This document shows positions 1-12,040 of a stretch of DNA of 64,000 bases, one piece after another. Source of the stretch: Yuukianura sp. NJ FZ-2021 (lineage: Eukaryota); NCBI GenBank assembly GCA_046563655.1, contig CM102285.1:930001-994000 (forward strand). The letters run 5' to 3'. The notes under the pieces are model-generated. The model was not told the origin of the DNA, made no database searches, and saw only the letters and a program-made list of their open reading frames with translations. How positions within the stretch are numbered: position 1 is the stretch's first letter; every line of letters starts with the position of its first letter. The translations under genes were made by a program, and so were the position numbers.

Positions 1-1491
1 TTTTCTTGTCGCCACTTATTTTCCAAGAATGTGCAACTTTAAACAAGTACGATGCTGCTAAAAAAGTTGTGAAATTTCTGGAAAGTGTTCCAGCCATAAC
101 AGACGACCCATTCACCGAAGTGTATCAGTTAATAGACAAAGTATTTGATAAAATAGGAATAGGCAAAGCACTCAACGGGAATGCTGAAACGAATCAAGCC
201 AAAGTGAGCAGTCCAGTACGCGTGACGAGACCACCAATTGAGTCTGCCGTTTACTACTACAACTACGCAATTGCATCTACATGTGAAAGTAGTTTGGAGA
301 AATGGGACTGCTACTACTGCAAAGTGCTTGGAAAACACATTCGACTGATCACACTTTATGTCAATCCATACTACCAAACCAAGTGGTTTGTAAATGTTGA
401 TGACAAAAGGCAAGAAATTGTGTTGACCTTTCGACCTTCGTTTAACATCGCAACACTTTTTGTGTCCGCGAGTGTCGTATTGACTAAATTTGACGAATTA
501 CCTGACATTATGATTCACACGGGATTTTTAAAAACGGTTTCTGCTGATTACGACAAAATTGTGGATGTTCTGAAACGCTTAACAGAGTGGCATCCAAAGT
601 ACAAGTTGATCATAACAGGTGATGGTAATGATGATGATAAAAGCTACTTTATGCATCGACCTTGTCGGCCTGTCTGTTTATTTCTTTCTGTCTGTCCGTC
701 TGCGTGTCCGTCTGTCTGTCTGTCTCTCTTTCTGTCTGTCTGTCTCTCTTTCTGTCTGTCTGTCTCTCTTGTCCGTCTGTCTGTCTGACTTTTGTTAAAT
801 ATAGCATGTTCGAGACTACATTTCGCACCATTTCTGTGTTTTATTCAAATGACCTTGACCTTGACCTTGACTTTACTTTGATTGTTTAGGTTTGAGCTTG
901 GGCGGTAATATGTCTTCAGTGATGACTTTTTTGCTGAAGTATCGAAATACTTTGCCGAATACTGTAATTGAACTTTTCACTTACGGACAATCACGTTGTG
1001 GAAACCAAGCTTATGCAGATTATATGAACAATTTGACAATTCCAGTTGCTCGTGTGGTGCAAACAGATGATCTCCCCGCACGGATTCCTCCAGCAGCTCT
1101 AGGCTACTACCATCACCACAACGAACTTTTTATTTTGGATTACGGCGGTGGGAATCGAACAGTTCGCTACTGTTCAACAGAGTTCTACGAGTCTCCAGAG
1201 TGTGCACAGTCACGTGGTTCTGGTTTACTTTTGAAACAGCCAAGTCTACATCTAATTGATCATCTCTCGTACTTTGGGATTGAAGCAAGCAAATGTGTCC
1301 TGGAAGCTCCAATTGAATTTTTTCTACAAGCGGTTTGGCCACTGCGTAGTCTCATTCCAGTAGACCTGTTGGACGAAATTCCAAAATTTTCATTCGATTC
1401 AAACATAGTTCAAGACTTGCACTACTTTGTTACAGCTGGAATACGAAATTTATATAAAGTTGCTAGTAAATCATCAACTTACCATAAGTAA
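1..1491 (+). CDS. Class-3 (fungal-type) triacylglycerol lipase, copy 1 (5' end at or beyond the window edge); exons <1-618 and 890-1491
   Basis: Splicing ACAG|gt(619)...ag|GT(890) rebuilds the nucleophile elbow G-L-S-L-G-G. Also present: TYGQSRCGNQAYADY, RVVQTDD(L)P (catalytic Asp), GYYHH, DHLSYFG (catalytic His) and the upstream IHTGF motif. Confidence 0.85.
641..872. mobile_element. DINE/Helentron-like dispersed repeat with (CTGT)n microsatellite, in the lipase-1 intron
   Basis: AAAGCTACTTTATG start, long (CTGT/CTCT)n tract and GACCTTGACCTTGACC. The same motifs recur at about 2968-3100, 5190-5500, 12370-13170 and 29400-29535. Confidence 0.55.
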
Positions 1492-2278
1492 GTCTAATTG
1501 ATGAAAAACTGCAGTAGAGCGAGAACAAAAACAAATTTTTTTTTGAGTGGCTTTGGCTGTTAATTTAATATTACTTTACAGAACCCAAACATTCAATAAA
1601 TATAATATACATAACATTCTAACTAATGAAATGGTGAAAATACAAAACAAATTGCAATTGCAAACAGGGATTAAAAAATTACATGAGACTGAATCATTGT
1701 CAAAGGAAGGCACGGTGACGGATGTTTTGCTAATTTTTTAACAAAATTTAAAAACTTCTAGTTATTGTCTAACCTGTTGAAGAAAAAACTATTTTCTTGT
1801 TTACGAACCTTGTTCTAACTAGTATTAACTCAAAATCAGTTGCTTAATTTCAAATTTACTTTCAACTTTTCCGTCTTACTCTTATAGTATAAGGTTATAT
1901 TATAGTATAATGTTAAACATGTCCTCAGATTTATTTTAATATAGTATAATTAAATATAATTAATATGCAATTATTAATTAAAAGTAGGTGGAAAATTATA
2001 CCACTACACTCAAAGTACAACTGAAGAGCCGACTGAACCTTTGAACATTGTTGTGAAGCTCAAGTGCACAGAAAAATTAAATTTTCACTTTAAATATACA
2101 CATCAAATTATTTCAAAAACTGTTATTTAAAATAATTCGGAAATTTTTTGAACATTCACGCTGGTTATTTCACACTAAGCTTCTTCCAAATAAACAAAAA
2201 AGAAACGTCGTAGAAATTGTATAAATTCGAAGCTCAAAAAAACTTTCTGTTTGCAGATTTGCTCTTAAAAGCATCAAA

Positions 2279-3743
2279 ATGCTCAGGCGAGGATTTTTCG
2301 GAATTAAAATTTCCATAATTTTTTTCTCACCACTCATTTTAGAAAATTGTGCAACTATAAACAAATACCATACTGCCAAGAAAGTTGTAAAATTTCTGGA
2401 AAGTGTTCCGGCCATAACAGACGATCCAATCACTGAAGTGTATCGGTTAATAGACAAAGTGTTTGATAAAATAGGCATAAGTCAAGCACTGTACGGGAAT
2501 GCTGAAACGACTCAAGCGAAAGTGAGCAGTCCAGTACGCGTGACGAGACCATCAATTGAGTCTGCCGTTTACTACTTCAACTACGCAATTGCATCTACAT
2601 GTGAAAGTAGTTTGGAGAAATGGGACTGCTACTACTGCAAAGTACTCGGAACACACATTCGACTGATTACACTTTATGTCAATCCATACTACCAAACCAA
2701 ATGGTTTGTAACTGTTGATGACAAAAGACAAGAAATTGTGTTGACCTTTCGACCTTCGTTTAACCTCGCAACAATTCTTGTGTCCCTGAGCGCCGTTTTG
2801 ACTAAATTTGACGAATCGCCTGACATCATGATTCACACGGGTTTTTTAAAAGCAGTTTCAGCCGATTACGACAAAATTGTGGATGTTCTGAAACGTGTAA
2901 CAGATTGGCATCCGACTTACAAGTTGATCATAACAGGTACAACTGATATTAATTTATTAAAGTAGCAAAAGATACTTTATGCAACAAGGGTGTCTGTCTG
3001 TCTGTCTGTCTGTCTTTTGCTAAATATGGCGTGTTTTAGAGGAAAATCGCGAGAAAAAATCATTTGCTTTTTTTTTATTCATGTCACCTTGACCTTGACT
3101 TTGTTTATCTTTAGGTTTGAGCTTGGGCGGTGAAATGTCATCGGTCATGACTTTTTTGCTGAAATATCGAAATCCTTTGCCGAATACTGCGATTGAACTG
3201 TTTACTTACGGACAAGCACGTTGTGGAAATAAAGCTTATGCAGATTTTATGAACAACTTAACAATTCCAATTGCGCGCGTAGTTCAAACGGATGACCTCA
3301 TTCCACGGGCTGCTGCAGCAGCTCTAGGCTACTACCATCACCACAATGAACTTTTTATTTTGGATGACGGCGGTGGGAATCGAACCGTTCGCTACTGCTC
3401 AACAGAGTTCTACGAGGCTCCTGAGTGTGCACAGTCTCGTGGTTCTAGTTTACTTTTGATTCAGGGAAGTCTGCAAGTAATTGATCATGTGTCGTACTTT
3501 GGGATTGAAGCAAGCAAATGTGTACTGGAAGCTCCACTTGAATTTTTTCTACAAATACTTTGGCCACTGCGCAGTCTCATTCCGGTAGACCTGTTGGACC
3601 AAATTCCAAAATTTTCTTTTGACTCAAACATTGTTGAGGACTGGCGCTACTTTGTTACTGCCGGAATTAGAAATTTGTACAAAGTTGCAAGCAAATCATC
3701 AACTTACTACAAGTCTAATGGATGGAGGTCAGAAAAGAGCTAA
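2279..3743 (+). CDS. Class-3 lipase, copy 2 (tandem paralog); exons 2279-2936 and 3115-3743
   Basis: Highly similar to copy 1 with the same phase-1 intron position. Shows GLSLGG, TYGQARCGN and DHVSYFG, and a hydrophobic N-terminal segment. Confidence 0.88.
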
Positions 3744-4711
3744 AAATTTTACTGAGTTGTTGTTTGTTAAACCTTTCATTGTTTTTTTTTTTAGTTTTTT
3801 TCGTTATTTGTAACATTAAAATGTATTGGCTCATATGTGATGTTACATGTTGGAGAATTCAACAACAAAGTTATTAGCTTGACGTAATATACGGTACTTA
3901 ATACGGTAAACCTAACGTAAAATGAAAAACGAGTTTTGAATAAAGTTAGTTTTTTCTCTTTCGCGGGGCGGCTCCTTGTACATTCGGGTGAAGATTTCCA
4001 CTTTGACTTAAAGTCAATGGTTTATCTGTAAAAAAAAAAAATGCAAAAAAAAATAGACTTATAATGTGTACATGTACGTTTAAAAATTAAAATTTTTTTC
4101 TTACCGCCAGCGTTTGCATCTGGAACAGCAATGTTCGTACTGCTAATCATTATTCCGCCTGGTTCTGTTGTTGCGTTGTGTCCGTTGTGTGGTGTAAGTG
4201 AAGAAATTTCTAACTTATCTTTAGTACTATCTTTAGTATGAAAGTTTCCCATTTTAATTGAAATAGGTTGACCTCTTGACCTCCTAGCTTAGTCAACCTA
4301 TGACTAAGTTATGGCTAATTTGAGCTAATTGTTTTTAGTGTAAAAGTAAAAGAGCTTAGCTTCCTACTGAAACGTTAAACTTTGCTTGTTCATAATATTA
4401 TTCTCAACTTCTGTGGTTTTCAATTTAAACTGAACTTTGTAAAGACTCATTAGAAGTGAAGAAAAATCTAGCACGAAGCATTTAGTTAACCAAAAATTCC
4501 CTCCTAACTCCTTCCTGCCCGTCATTTATCCAAATTGAAAGTTTTTATAAGGTTTTGCGGTTGGACACATTTTTTTAAATCCTTTTTTGCGTATTTTTCC
4601 TAGAAATTAAAATTCAAATAGAAGTCAAATCGAAATATTTTATTGTGTTGCATAATATGGGGCTTTAAGAACGACACTGTATAAAATATTTTTATTTTTT
4701 ATAAACTTTGC

Positions 4712-4810
4712 AAATTACGAGGTCGAAAATTTCCAACCTCGTAAATTACGAGGTCGAAAATTTTCAACCCCGTAAATTACGAAGTTGTAAATTTACAACC
4801 CCGCAAATTT
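4712..4810. repeat. Three tandem 31-bp units, each an imperfect palindrome
   Basis: AATTACGAGGTCGAAAATTTCCAACCTCGTA repeated three times with progressive decay and no spacers. Confidence 0.8.
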
Positions 4811-4910
4811 CACTTTTCACCTTTTTTTTAAAATAAGTCTAGGATTAGTAAAACTATAACTTGTAAAACTACTTTTAATATTTACTCAACTACTTTAACT
4901 CTTGTTTTAA

Positions 4911-7749
4911 CTATACAACTTTTTCATCGTCAGCCACAGTAATCCACCATTGGACTTTGTAGTACTGTTGAACTTGTTCAACGTTGTGAATTTCACGCTC
5001 CTGAGTTCAAATTTCAAAGTAGAGGGAAAAACTCAATTTAAAGAAAATTGGGTTGAAAAATTTTATGTAAAATATTGGATTCAGTCAAATCACCTTTAGG
5101 TAGTTCCGAATTTCGTCAGGCCCACCTAATCTCCTCACCAGGTCTGATCCTAAACGAGTAGAAAGAGATTTAATAATATGCTTATTAAGCAGAGCTACTC
5201 TATGGTTAGACTCGTCCGTCTGTCTACTGGTCGGTACTAAACATCTCGGAAATATTTGAGAAATACTGTTTAATATTTCCGGGATCTGTTTTCAATAATA
5301 AACGTTATGGGCTCCGGAGGGTGTTAACTATTGAATATCATCCCGGTGGCTCCCGTCCATCCGGGTCAAAGGTCAATACCGGTGTTATACCCGGGAGCAA
5401 CAAAAATGACCTCCACAAGAGTTGCTCGTTTCGTCGAGGACAACTACTTTTGTATACGTCATGTTACCACAAGTAGTTTCATCCCGGGTCAAAGGTCAAC
5501 TTTTCTTTTACCTATCATAGTCATGGTGTATTATGGTACTCCACCAGGAGCAGTTTTCCGCTAATCCAGCACCCTCTCTCGCTACTTACGTAAATCGGTT
5601 ACCGACAGTTTTTTCATCATGTAATACAAGATGAAAAAACGGTCGGAAACCGCTGTAAGTATATATTTGCCTTACATTATATATGATGTAAGATATAATA
5701 TTCTCGCTTACTGATCCAGGTAAGACCCGGATGTATGTTGTGCCAAAAGTAAACGTCCTTCAAACTTGTCAACAACAATGATTTCGCACTGGAAACCAAT
5801 TTGGAAAAAATGTCTTCCCTTCCATTCATATTGATGTATTCCAGTCGCTCCAACTCTACAAAGAAAGTTATTTAATGTTTTATATATAATGTCACATTAT
5901 AATACACATACAATACCACAGCACAGTAAGACCCAACTCACTTTCGAATGATGCGACGTGCGGCTTAGCTCCACACTCCAGGTCAAAGTCATGTTGTTCC
6001 AGTGTATAATAAGAAATTGCGAGACAACGGACATGCACAAAGTACTTGAACAAACCAATCAGATTGCGCGTAGCTTCGTTGTCGAACTGGAGTTTAGTGA
6101 CATTTGGGAAGAGTTTGTAGTATGGCAGAGGTGTGTATGTCCGTTCAGGGTTTGTTTTTACTTCTAAGTGGAATTCTACAACGTTTGGGTAGACATAGGA
6201 CAGTGCAGCTGGAAAATCCTGTGCGGTTAAGACAGTTGCATTTTCACTCAAAACAACCAGTTTGAGTTGCGGAAGTTGCGTTGAGCTTAAAAGCTTCAAC
6301 GGGTTTTCCAACCACGTGACTGCCGTAGTACGCAATGAGCGAACGCGCGGAAAGACGTCAAACAAAGCCAATGCATCGTGGGGCAGTGACGAGTCGATGG
6401 CTACTATATTTTTGATCTGATCCTTCCATACCCGGTGACGTACACTGGTGGTATCTAATAACAAAACATAACATACCATGGCAACATTACATAAAAACAC
6501 AACAAAATCCCGTTACCAATTCCCACGATGTTCACAGCGAACAGCTGAAGTTTGATCCTCCGTGCGTTTGCGTCGAACCACCGTTTGGAATATTCTTGAA
6601 CTTCGCTCCTCTCTGGATCGTAACCAAGGTCTTGGAGATGCGTTCCAAATTCACGCGGCATGCTGTTCCGGCCATAGTAGAAAATACAAGGTTGTGGTAT
6701 AAAAAATTCCAATGCAGGAGCATTCCTCACGACGGCCTTAACCCAATGGGAAATGCTGAAAATATTGGTAAATAGTCTCCTTTGCAGCATTCTGGTTTTC
6801 TGGTATTGACGGATATACTGTAACGTTTATAGTCAGTGGTAACCTAACTTAACCGACCAATGAGAAGCCACAATGCAAAAGTTGGTATGTGCAGTAGCGT
6901 AACTACGGGTAGCCGTACCCATCAACCTTTCATCTTACCAGTCACAAGCAATGTCAAGGATAGACAGCCTCGGGAGCAACGGCACTGAAATGTCATCCAG
7001 CTCCTGTTCAAGCTTCTTCCAATGAATAATATTTCCTACCATAAAAATGTAAAAACCCGAATTATGATTCAACCAGGCGTAGAAATCTTTTTTTTTTGTT
7101 AACAAACCGTGTCTTAGTTGTTCAGGCCAGAAGTCCTGTATGGAAATTTGAAGTACTTCGAGTGAGTGGCTGACTTTGTGTAGAAGAGCGCTGATCCGTA
7201 CCAGTCCTGCCTTATCAAATACTAAGTAATTGCTTGGTAGTACATCGACCATGATGTCATCAGTAGCGACGTCGTTGACGCACAATTCCACGATGCAGTT
7301 TGCGTACAGAGTTCCAAAGGCCTGGGCCTGGGCATCAGTTCCAACATGGACATTCCACAGAAATCGTGGGAATGGAATTGGAGTCTCAGCTCTGCCGAAT
7401 GTGCACAGGAACAGTTCCATCTGCTCCTTTGTTTGAAGGGAAATGTACTGCAAAGCCTTAAGAAAATTTGAATTCGAAAATTTCATTTTCCATAGAAAAA
7501 GTTGGTTCCATTTGGAGCAAACGAGTCGTGTGGAACACAAGTCTCGAACGTTGAGATTTTCGAAAATCTGCTCTAAAACCTGTATTATGAAGATTATAAC
7601 AACATGAAACAAAAATTGTATGCCGTAATGACATAAGCTCAAGTTGAAAGTATGTTCTAAAATTATTATTGAATCCGTGTTACTGTTTATTTAGCTATTT
7701 AGTCAAATATAAGACAACATCAAATTACCAATTGTGGAAGACGGTTCAT
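4911..7749 (-). CDS. F-box protein with LRR-like C-terminal region, paralog A (multi-exon)
   Basis: Exon 1 MNRLPQL (7749-7729) splices to VLEQIFENLNVRDLCSTRLVCSKWNQL (F-box). Later exons carry FPRV..L.T...WLENPLK, LPYYKLFPNVT, HDFDLECG.KP and LERLEY, ending ...VQWWITVADDEKVV*, all shared with paralogs B-D. Confidence 0.8.
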
Positions 7750-7822
7750 GTCAGTACAAGGTGATAGGAATTTTGAAATCAAGAATTTAAGGTGCAGTAG
7801 TAGCACTAGCACTGAGTCTCCG

Positions 7823-7922
7823 NNNNNNNNNNNNNNNNNNNNNNNNNNNNNNNNNNNNNNNNNNNNNNNNNNNNNNNNNNNNNNNNNNNNNNNNNNNNNN
7901 NNNNNNNNNNNNNNNNNNNNNN
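7823..7922. other. Assembly gap (100 N)
   Basis: Run of N. The true length is unknown and the gap probably hides the 5' part of Gemin5. Confidence 1.
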
Positions 7923-8275
7923 TCACCGAAACCCTGTATGGTCTTAATATGTCTAAGACCCCCTCTAGACGCGAGGCGCGAGGGCAGACCCCCTCCCCCC
8001 TCCAGGCGGGCGCGGCATAAAATATAGTAAATTTGATTCATTTTGGAAAGATAACTTCGAAAATTTCTTCCGCCTTCGGCGGAAATATCTATTTTTCATT
8101 GAATTTTGCGTTTTTACAGCCGAATTTCTCTTCGCGATATTAATTTCTTACGTTTTTGCGAACAAAAACTGCTTTTTTCGCACGTTTTCGTGAGAAAATT
8201 TTTTTTGGGGGGTACCACCCCCTGGGGAATGACCGGGCAGACCCCCTCTACCCTTGACCGAGGTTTCGGTGACTG
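7923..8275. mobile_element. MITE-like element abutting the gap
   Basis: TCACCGAAACC at the left end and GGTTTCGGTGACTG at the right end form an inverted repeat. GGGCAGACCCCCTC is repeated internally. Confidence 0.55.
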
Positions 8276-8289
8276 ATGCTATGTTTCAG

Positions 8290-10213
8290 GAAAATTGAGA
8301 TTTACTTGGCTCCAAACTTGAACATTCGTTGTTGGATCAAATGTCACTCCACTGCCATCCAGTTCTTATCTTGGCGTGGACTGGACTTTTCCGATTCTGA
8401 ATCCAAGCACAAGTATTTAGCTTCTGCTGCAAACGACGGAACGGCCAAAGTGTACGATGTGGCGGGATTGTTTGATGTTGACTTTCTGTGCAATCCGGAT
8501 GCAGACACCTTGGAATTTATCAGTAGCAAGGCCATTCTGAACGGACATCGTGGAATCAGAGTTATCCAGGTCGTTTGGAGTCCGCATGATAACAATCATG
8601 TCCTCACTGTATCTTACGACACAACTGCAGTGGTTAGACTTTTTCGAAATTAGAAAAAAAATTAGTGTTTTTTGAAAAATGTTTATCGTTTTCAGATTTG
8701 GGACTTGAGAGACAATAGCAAGATTGCTCGTTACATGGGCCATGAACATCGCTTGGTTGCATGCGGCTTTCATCCTACAAATCCGTACATGATTTTCACT
8801 TGCAGTGATGAGATGATGACCAACTCTTGTTTCCACATGTGGGACTATCGCAAGCATCCGGAAGTGGAAGATTATCAAGAAAAAATGGGTGAGTTACTAA
8901 GCATAAATGATAAAGTAATTAATTGATAAAGTAATTAGTAATTCATCATGAATTACGAATTACATTAAATACCAATTACACTAATTACCATGAATAATTC
9001 ATGGTAATTAGTGTAATTGGTAATTCATGGTAATTATAGTACATAATTCGTAATTCGTGGTAATTATAGCAGTTCCTAATTCATGGTAATTAATGTAATT
9101 CGTAGTTCGTGATTATAGGACATAATTCGTAATTCATGGTAATTAATGTAATTCGTAATTCATGATTCCTTTTTTGTAGCTCAAAAGTCCATGATTGGTT
9201 CAACTGTGGAATGTGTGAAGGCCTTGGCAGCTCCCAAACCAAAACTCATGTTTCGACCAGGACAAGAAGATGCTGCTGTTGGAAAAGACAAGTACGAAAA
9301 GCGTCCAGTTCGTCAAGACGCCAATGCTCGACTGATGTCAAAGATTCGTGACCGAATGACCCTCCTGCCACTGCTGACACACTGCAAACCCAAGAATACC
9401 TTGCTAGCTGAGCTAGAATTCCTGATTGACGGTAAACCGTTACGGAATCCTGAGGAATTGACTGATGCTGACAAGGAGATGATTCTGGCTGAAGCATCGA
9501 CGACTAAAAAGCTGAACAAAGTGGATCTTCTTGTGGATGAAATGGAGTTGAAAGCTGTTAAAGGAGAGCTGGATAACTTGGATCCATATTACCACCTCAA
9601 GCTGTTCGGATCAGCGGCTGACGCTGAAAAAATTGTCGAAACGGAATGTAAGCAACTCACTTTTGAATTACTAATTGACTTGCTAATTGAATTGCTAATT
9701 TGGTTTTTAGTTGAGGGTCATGTCAAACGAGGTGACTTTTACTCAGCAGTATGTCTGTTGGGCTGGACCAAAGATCCACATCCGTTTATTCAGCGCTTGA
9801 TGGCTGCTGGACACATGGAAGAGACGCTGGTCCATTTTGCTAAAAAGTGTTCTAAGCGATTTTACTTGGAAGTGAGTCGAGCATATGCTGAGCATCTCGC
9901 AGCGATTGGAAAGACGAGTGAAGCTGCTTGGCAGTACTGGCATGTGCTTGAGAGTTTTGATGAAGCATATCAGACGCTGGTTGATGGAGGGCTGTTTCTG
10001 GAGGCGCTGATTTTCTCTAAGCACAATCGTCTCGGTGATGGAAAGGAAGAGGACAAGGGTGTTCTGGACAAATTGGCTGCTCAGATGAAAGCACAGAATG
10101 TTGCAGCGTCAATCATCGCTGATTTGTAAGCGATAATTAATTTTGAATAATTTTAATTAATTTAATTTTTTTTTTTTTTGAATTTCAGTTATGCTGCGAT
10201 TGGAGTTGAGTAG
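8290..10213 (+). CDS. GEMIN5: Gemin5 / rigor mortis-like WD40 plus TPR-like dimerization protein (5' partial); exons about 8290-8631, 8696-8888, 9180-9647, 9711-10125, 10189-10213
   Basis: LASAANDG, LNGH..VVWSPHD..VLTVSYDTTA.IWD..YMGH match the last Gemin5 WD repeats. LFG..EGH..LLGW..AYAEHL..AA..EA..L....FLEAL resembles the Gemin5 TPR-like module. The 9648-9710 intron is in frame, so the ORF track reads through it. Confidence 0.72.
8905..9170. repeat. Intronic AT-rich TAATT/CATGGTAATT repeats with an internal fold-back
   Basis: AATTACACTAATTACCATGAAT is followed closely by its inverse ATTCATGGTAATTAGTGTAATT. Many GTAATTC units follow. Confidence 0.7.
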
Positions 10214-10652
10214 GCTGGATCTGTGCAGCTCGATGCTCGAGGCTGGAGATTTGCAAGTCAAGTAAATTCAGGTTTATTTCAAATGAATTAATTGTAATTC
10301 GTTGTAATTACTTGGTAAATATGTCTAACTGGTTACACTTTTAGAACTTGAGAGTTTTCTAGAAATATAGAAGTTGGTGTTAAGTTTTGGAAACAAAGGA
10401 ATTTTTGGCCTTTTCCTTCAAAAATTTCAGTAACGTTGTTGTTTCGATGGATTGATGCGTTTAATTTGAATTAATTACAGTGTGAACTGTGATTGAGTGT
10501 GAATGGCACAATTAGACGGGAAGCGTTAATTAAGACAACTTAATTAAAGGAGTATTAATAGAGCTTCATTTGTTGTATACGTCAAGCCAGTTTCTGTTGA
10601 ACTTTTCGTGTGTTTTAAACTCTTGCAGTTTCAGAAATTTCCACTTTGGAAA

Positions 10653-11173
10653 ATGGAATTTTGTCTTCTTAAAATCTCAGTTTTGACACTTCTGACCACC
10701 GGTAAGCAAAAGTTTGAAAAAAAAATTGGTTGGAATTAGGACAATCTTAATTAATTTCATTTAATTAATTGGGTCAAACTAAATGTTTTTGTGTTTCAGG
10801 AAGCAATGGATTTTACTTTGACAAAGACGAAGGCGCAAAGGTGACGCTCTACTTCGACACGAATTTTCGCGGTACAATAACGACGAGTTCCTAAACAATT
10901 TTTTTGAATAAGTTTTTGAACAAAATTTTAAAATTATTGATGTTAGGTATCCAGAAAACGTTGGAAGCCATATCTGAATGTACGAAATTGGCAGGAACGT
11001 GGAACAATGCTGCCTCTTCAGTCGATGTGCTCAACAACGCCTGCGTCAAATTCTATGACTCTGACGACTGTCGTGGAAAAAATGTCCAGCTGAGTCGGCG
11101 CATAGACTATGGAGCCGGAAATCTGCAATTAATCGGACTCAACAAAAAAATTTCTTCGTTAATTAAATGTTGA
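10653..11173 (+). CDS. Small secreted beta/gamma-crystallin-type (Greek key) protein; exons 10653-10701, 10800-10871, 10947-11173
   Basis: Spliced product: MEFCLLKISVLTLLTTGSNGFYFDKDEGAKVTLYFDTNFRG|IQKTLEAISECTKLAGTWNNAASSVDVLNNACVKFYDSDDCRG...GLNKKISSLIKC. It has a signal peptide and two (Y/F)xxxxF/CxG...N..SS motifs. Confidence 0.65.
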
Positions 11174-11199
11174 AAGTTCATAAAAAATTATAAAATCGA

Positions 11200-12040
11200 A
11201 AAAGTACTGCCCCGGAATTTTAAAATTTTATACTTTTTTTAAACTTAGAGTTTAGTATCACCGTCTGCAGTACAATTTTGAATTTGATTTGCAATTCTTG
11301 TATACTGCGCTACTCGAACTGCTGCGTCGACATTTTCAGACACGAATTGGATTTTTAAGTTTTTAAATTTGGCGGTAAGTTCTTCTTGCAAAATTGGATT
11401 GTACAGTAGAGCGGATCAAGTGACAACAAGCGTTTGGATTCGTGTTTGAATCAGTTCTTCCTCCTACAGAAGCAGTGCCAAATTATGAACCAGCCCACCG
11501 CAAACTACTCGTGTTAAGGTCTCAGGTCAGGTCAGGATTAGGTCACTTGCAGCCGATAAGTTTCAAATTGTCGCTCTGTCGACGGCGATATGTCGCAGGG
11601 ATTGCCGCATGATAGAATCATAACGATAGAATCATGATAGAATCGTCCATCCCGATTTTTCATCCAAAAAATCCAGTAATTCTTGTAGGAAAAAGAGAAC
11701 AAAGCTTCACTTTTCGGCATCTCTCTCTCCATAACACTAGTTTAACACCAATTTGACACTAATCAAATTTAAATTATTAATTTTACCCACATATCGCGTC
11801 ATAAGGATCCCATCTGGGACAAGTTTGATCGCTTACCAAACCTGTTCAAAGCTTGTCCCGATGAATTTAACATGAAAAATGATTCTATCTGATTCTATCG
11901 GATTCTATTAATCTATCGCTGGTTTCACGAAACCATCGCTAGATTGCGAACCCTGATATGTCGCTCACCAAACAGGAACAGCGACATTTCCAAAGTAGTT
12001 TCAGTAACGACGGTAGCGTCAAGAACTTATGTCCAAATGG
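11200..12040 (-). pseudogene. Duplicated 3' exon and 3' UTR of sedoheptulokinase, degenerate and interrupted by a MITE
   Basis: Colinear nucleotide similarity to 17460-17935 (for example GCGGTAAGTTCTTCTTG, GTGCCAAATT, ATGTCGCTCACCAAA). It has indels and no upstream exons. Confidence 0.85.
11596..11955. mobile_element. hAT-like non-autonomous element (360 bp)
   Basis: CAGGG...CCCTG termini and a perfect 8-bp TSD ATATGTCG (11588-11595, 11956-11963). Subterminal GATAGAATC repeats on the left mirror GATTCTATC repeats on the right. Confidence 0.9.

Noticed and set aside
649-889. ORFs 649-831 (-), 662-889 (+) and the CLSV-rich tail of ORF 6-788
   Set aside because: These are translations of an intronic (CTGT)n microsatellite.
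4712-4810. CRISPR array
   Set aside because: The palindromic repeats are contiguous with no spacers, there are no cas genes and the context is eukaryotic.
7720-8041. ORFs spanning the N-run
   Set aside because: They remain open only because of the assembly gap.
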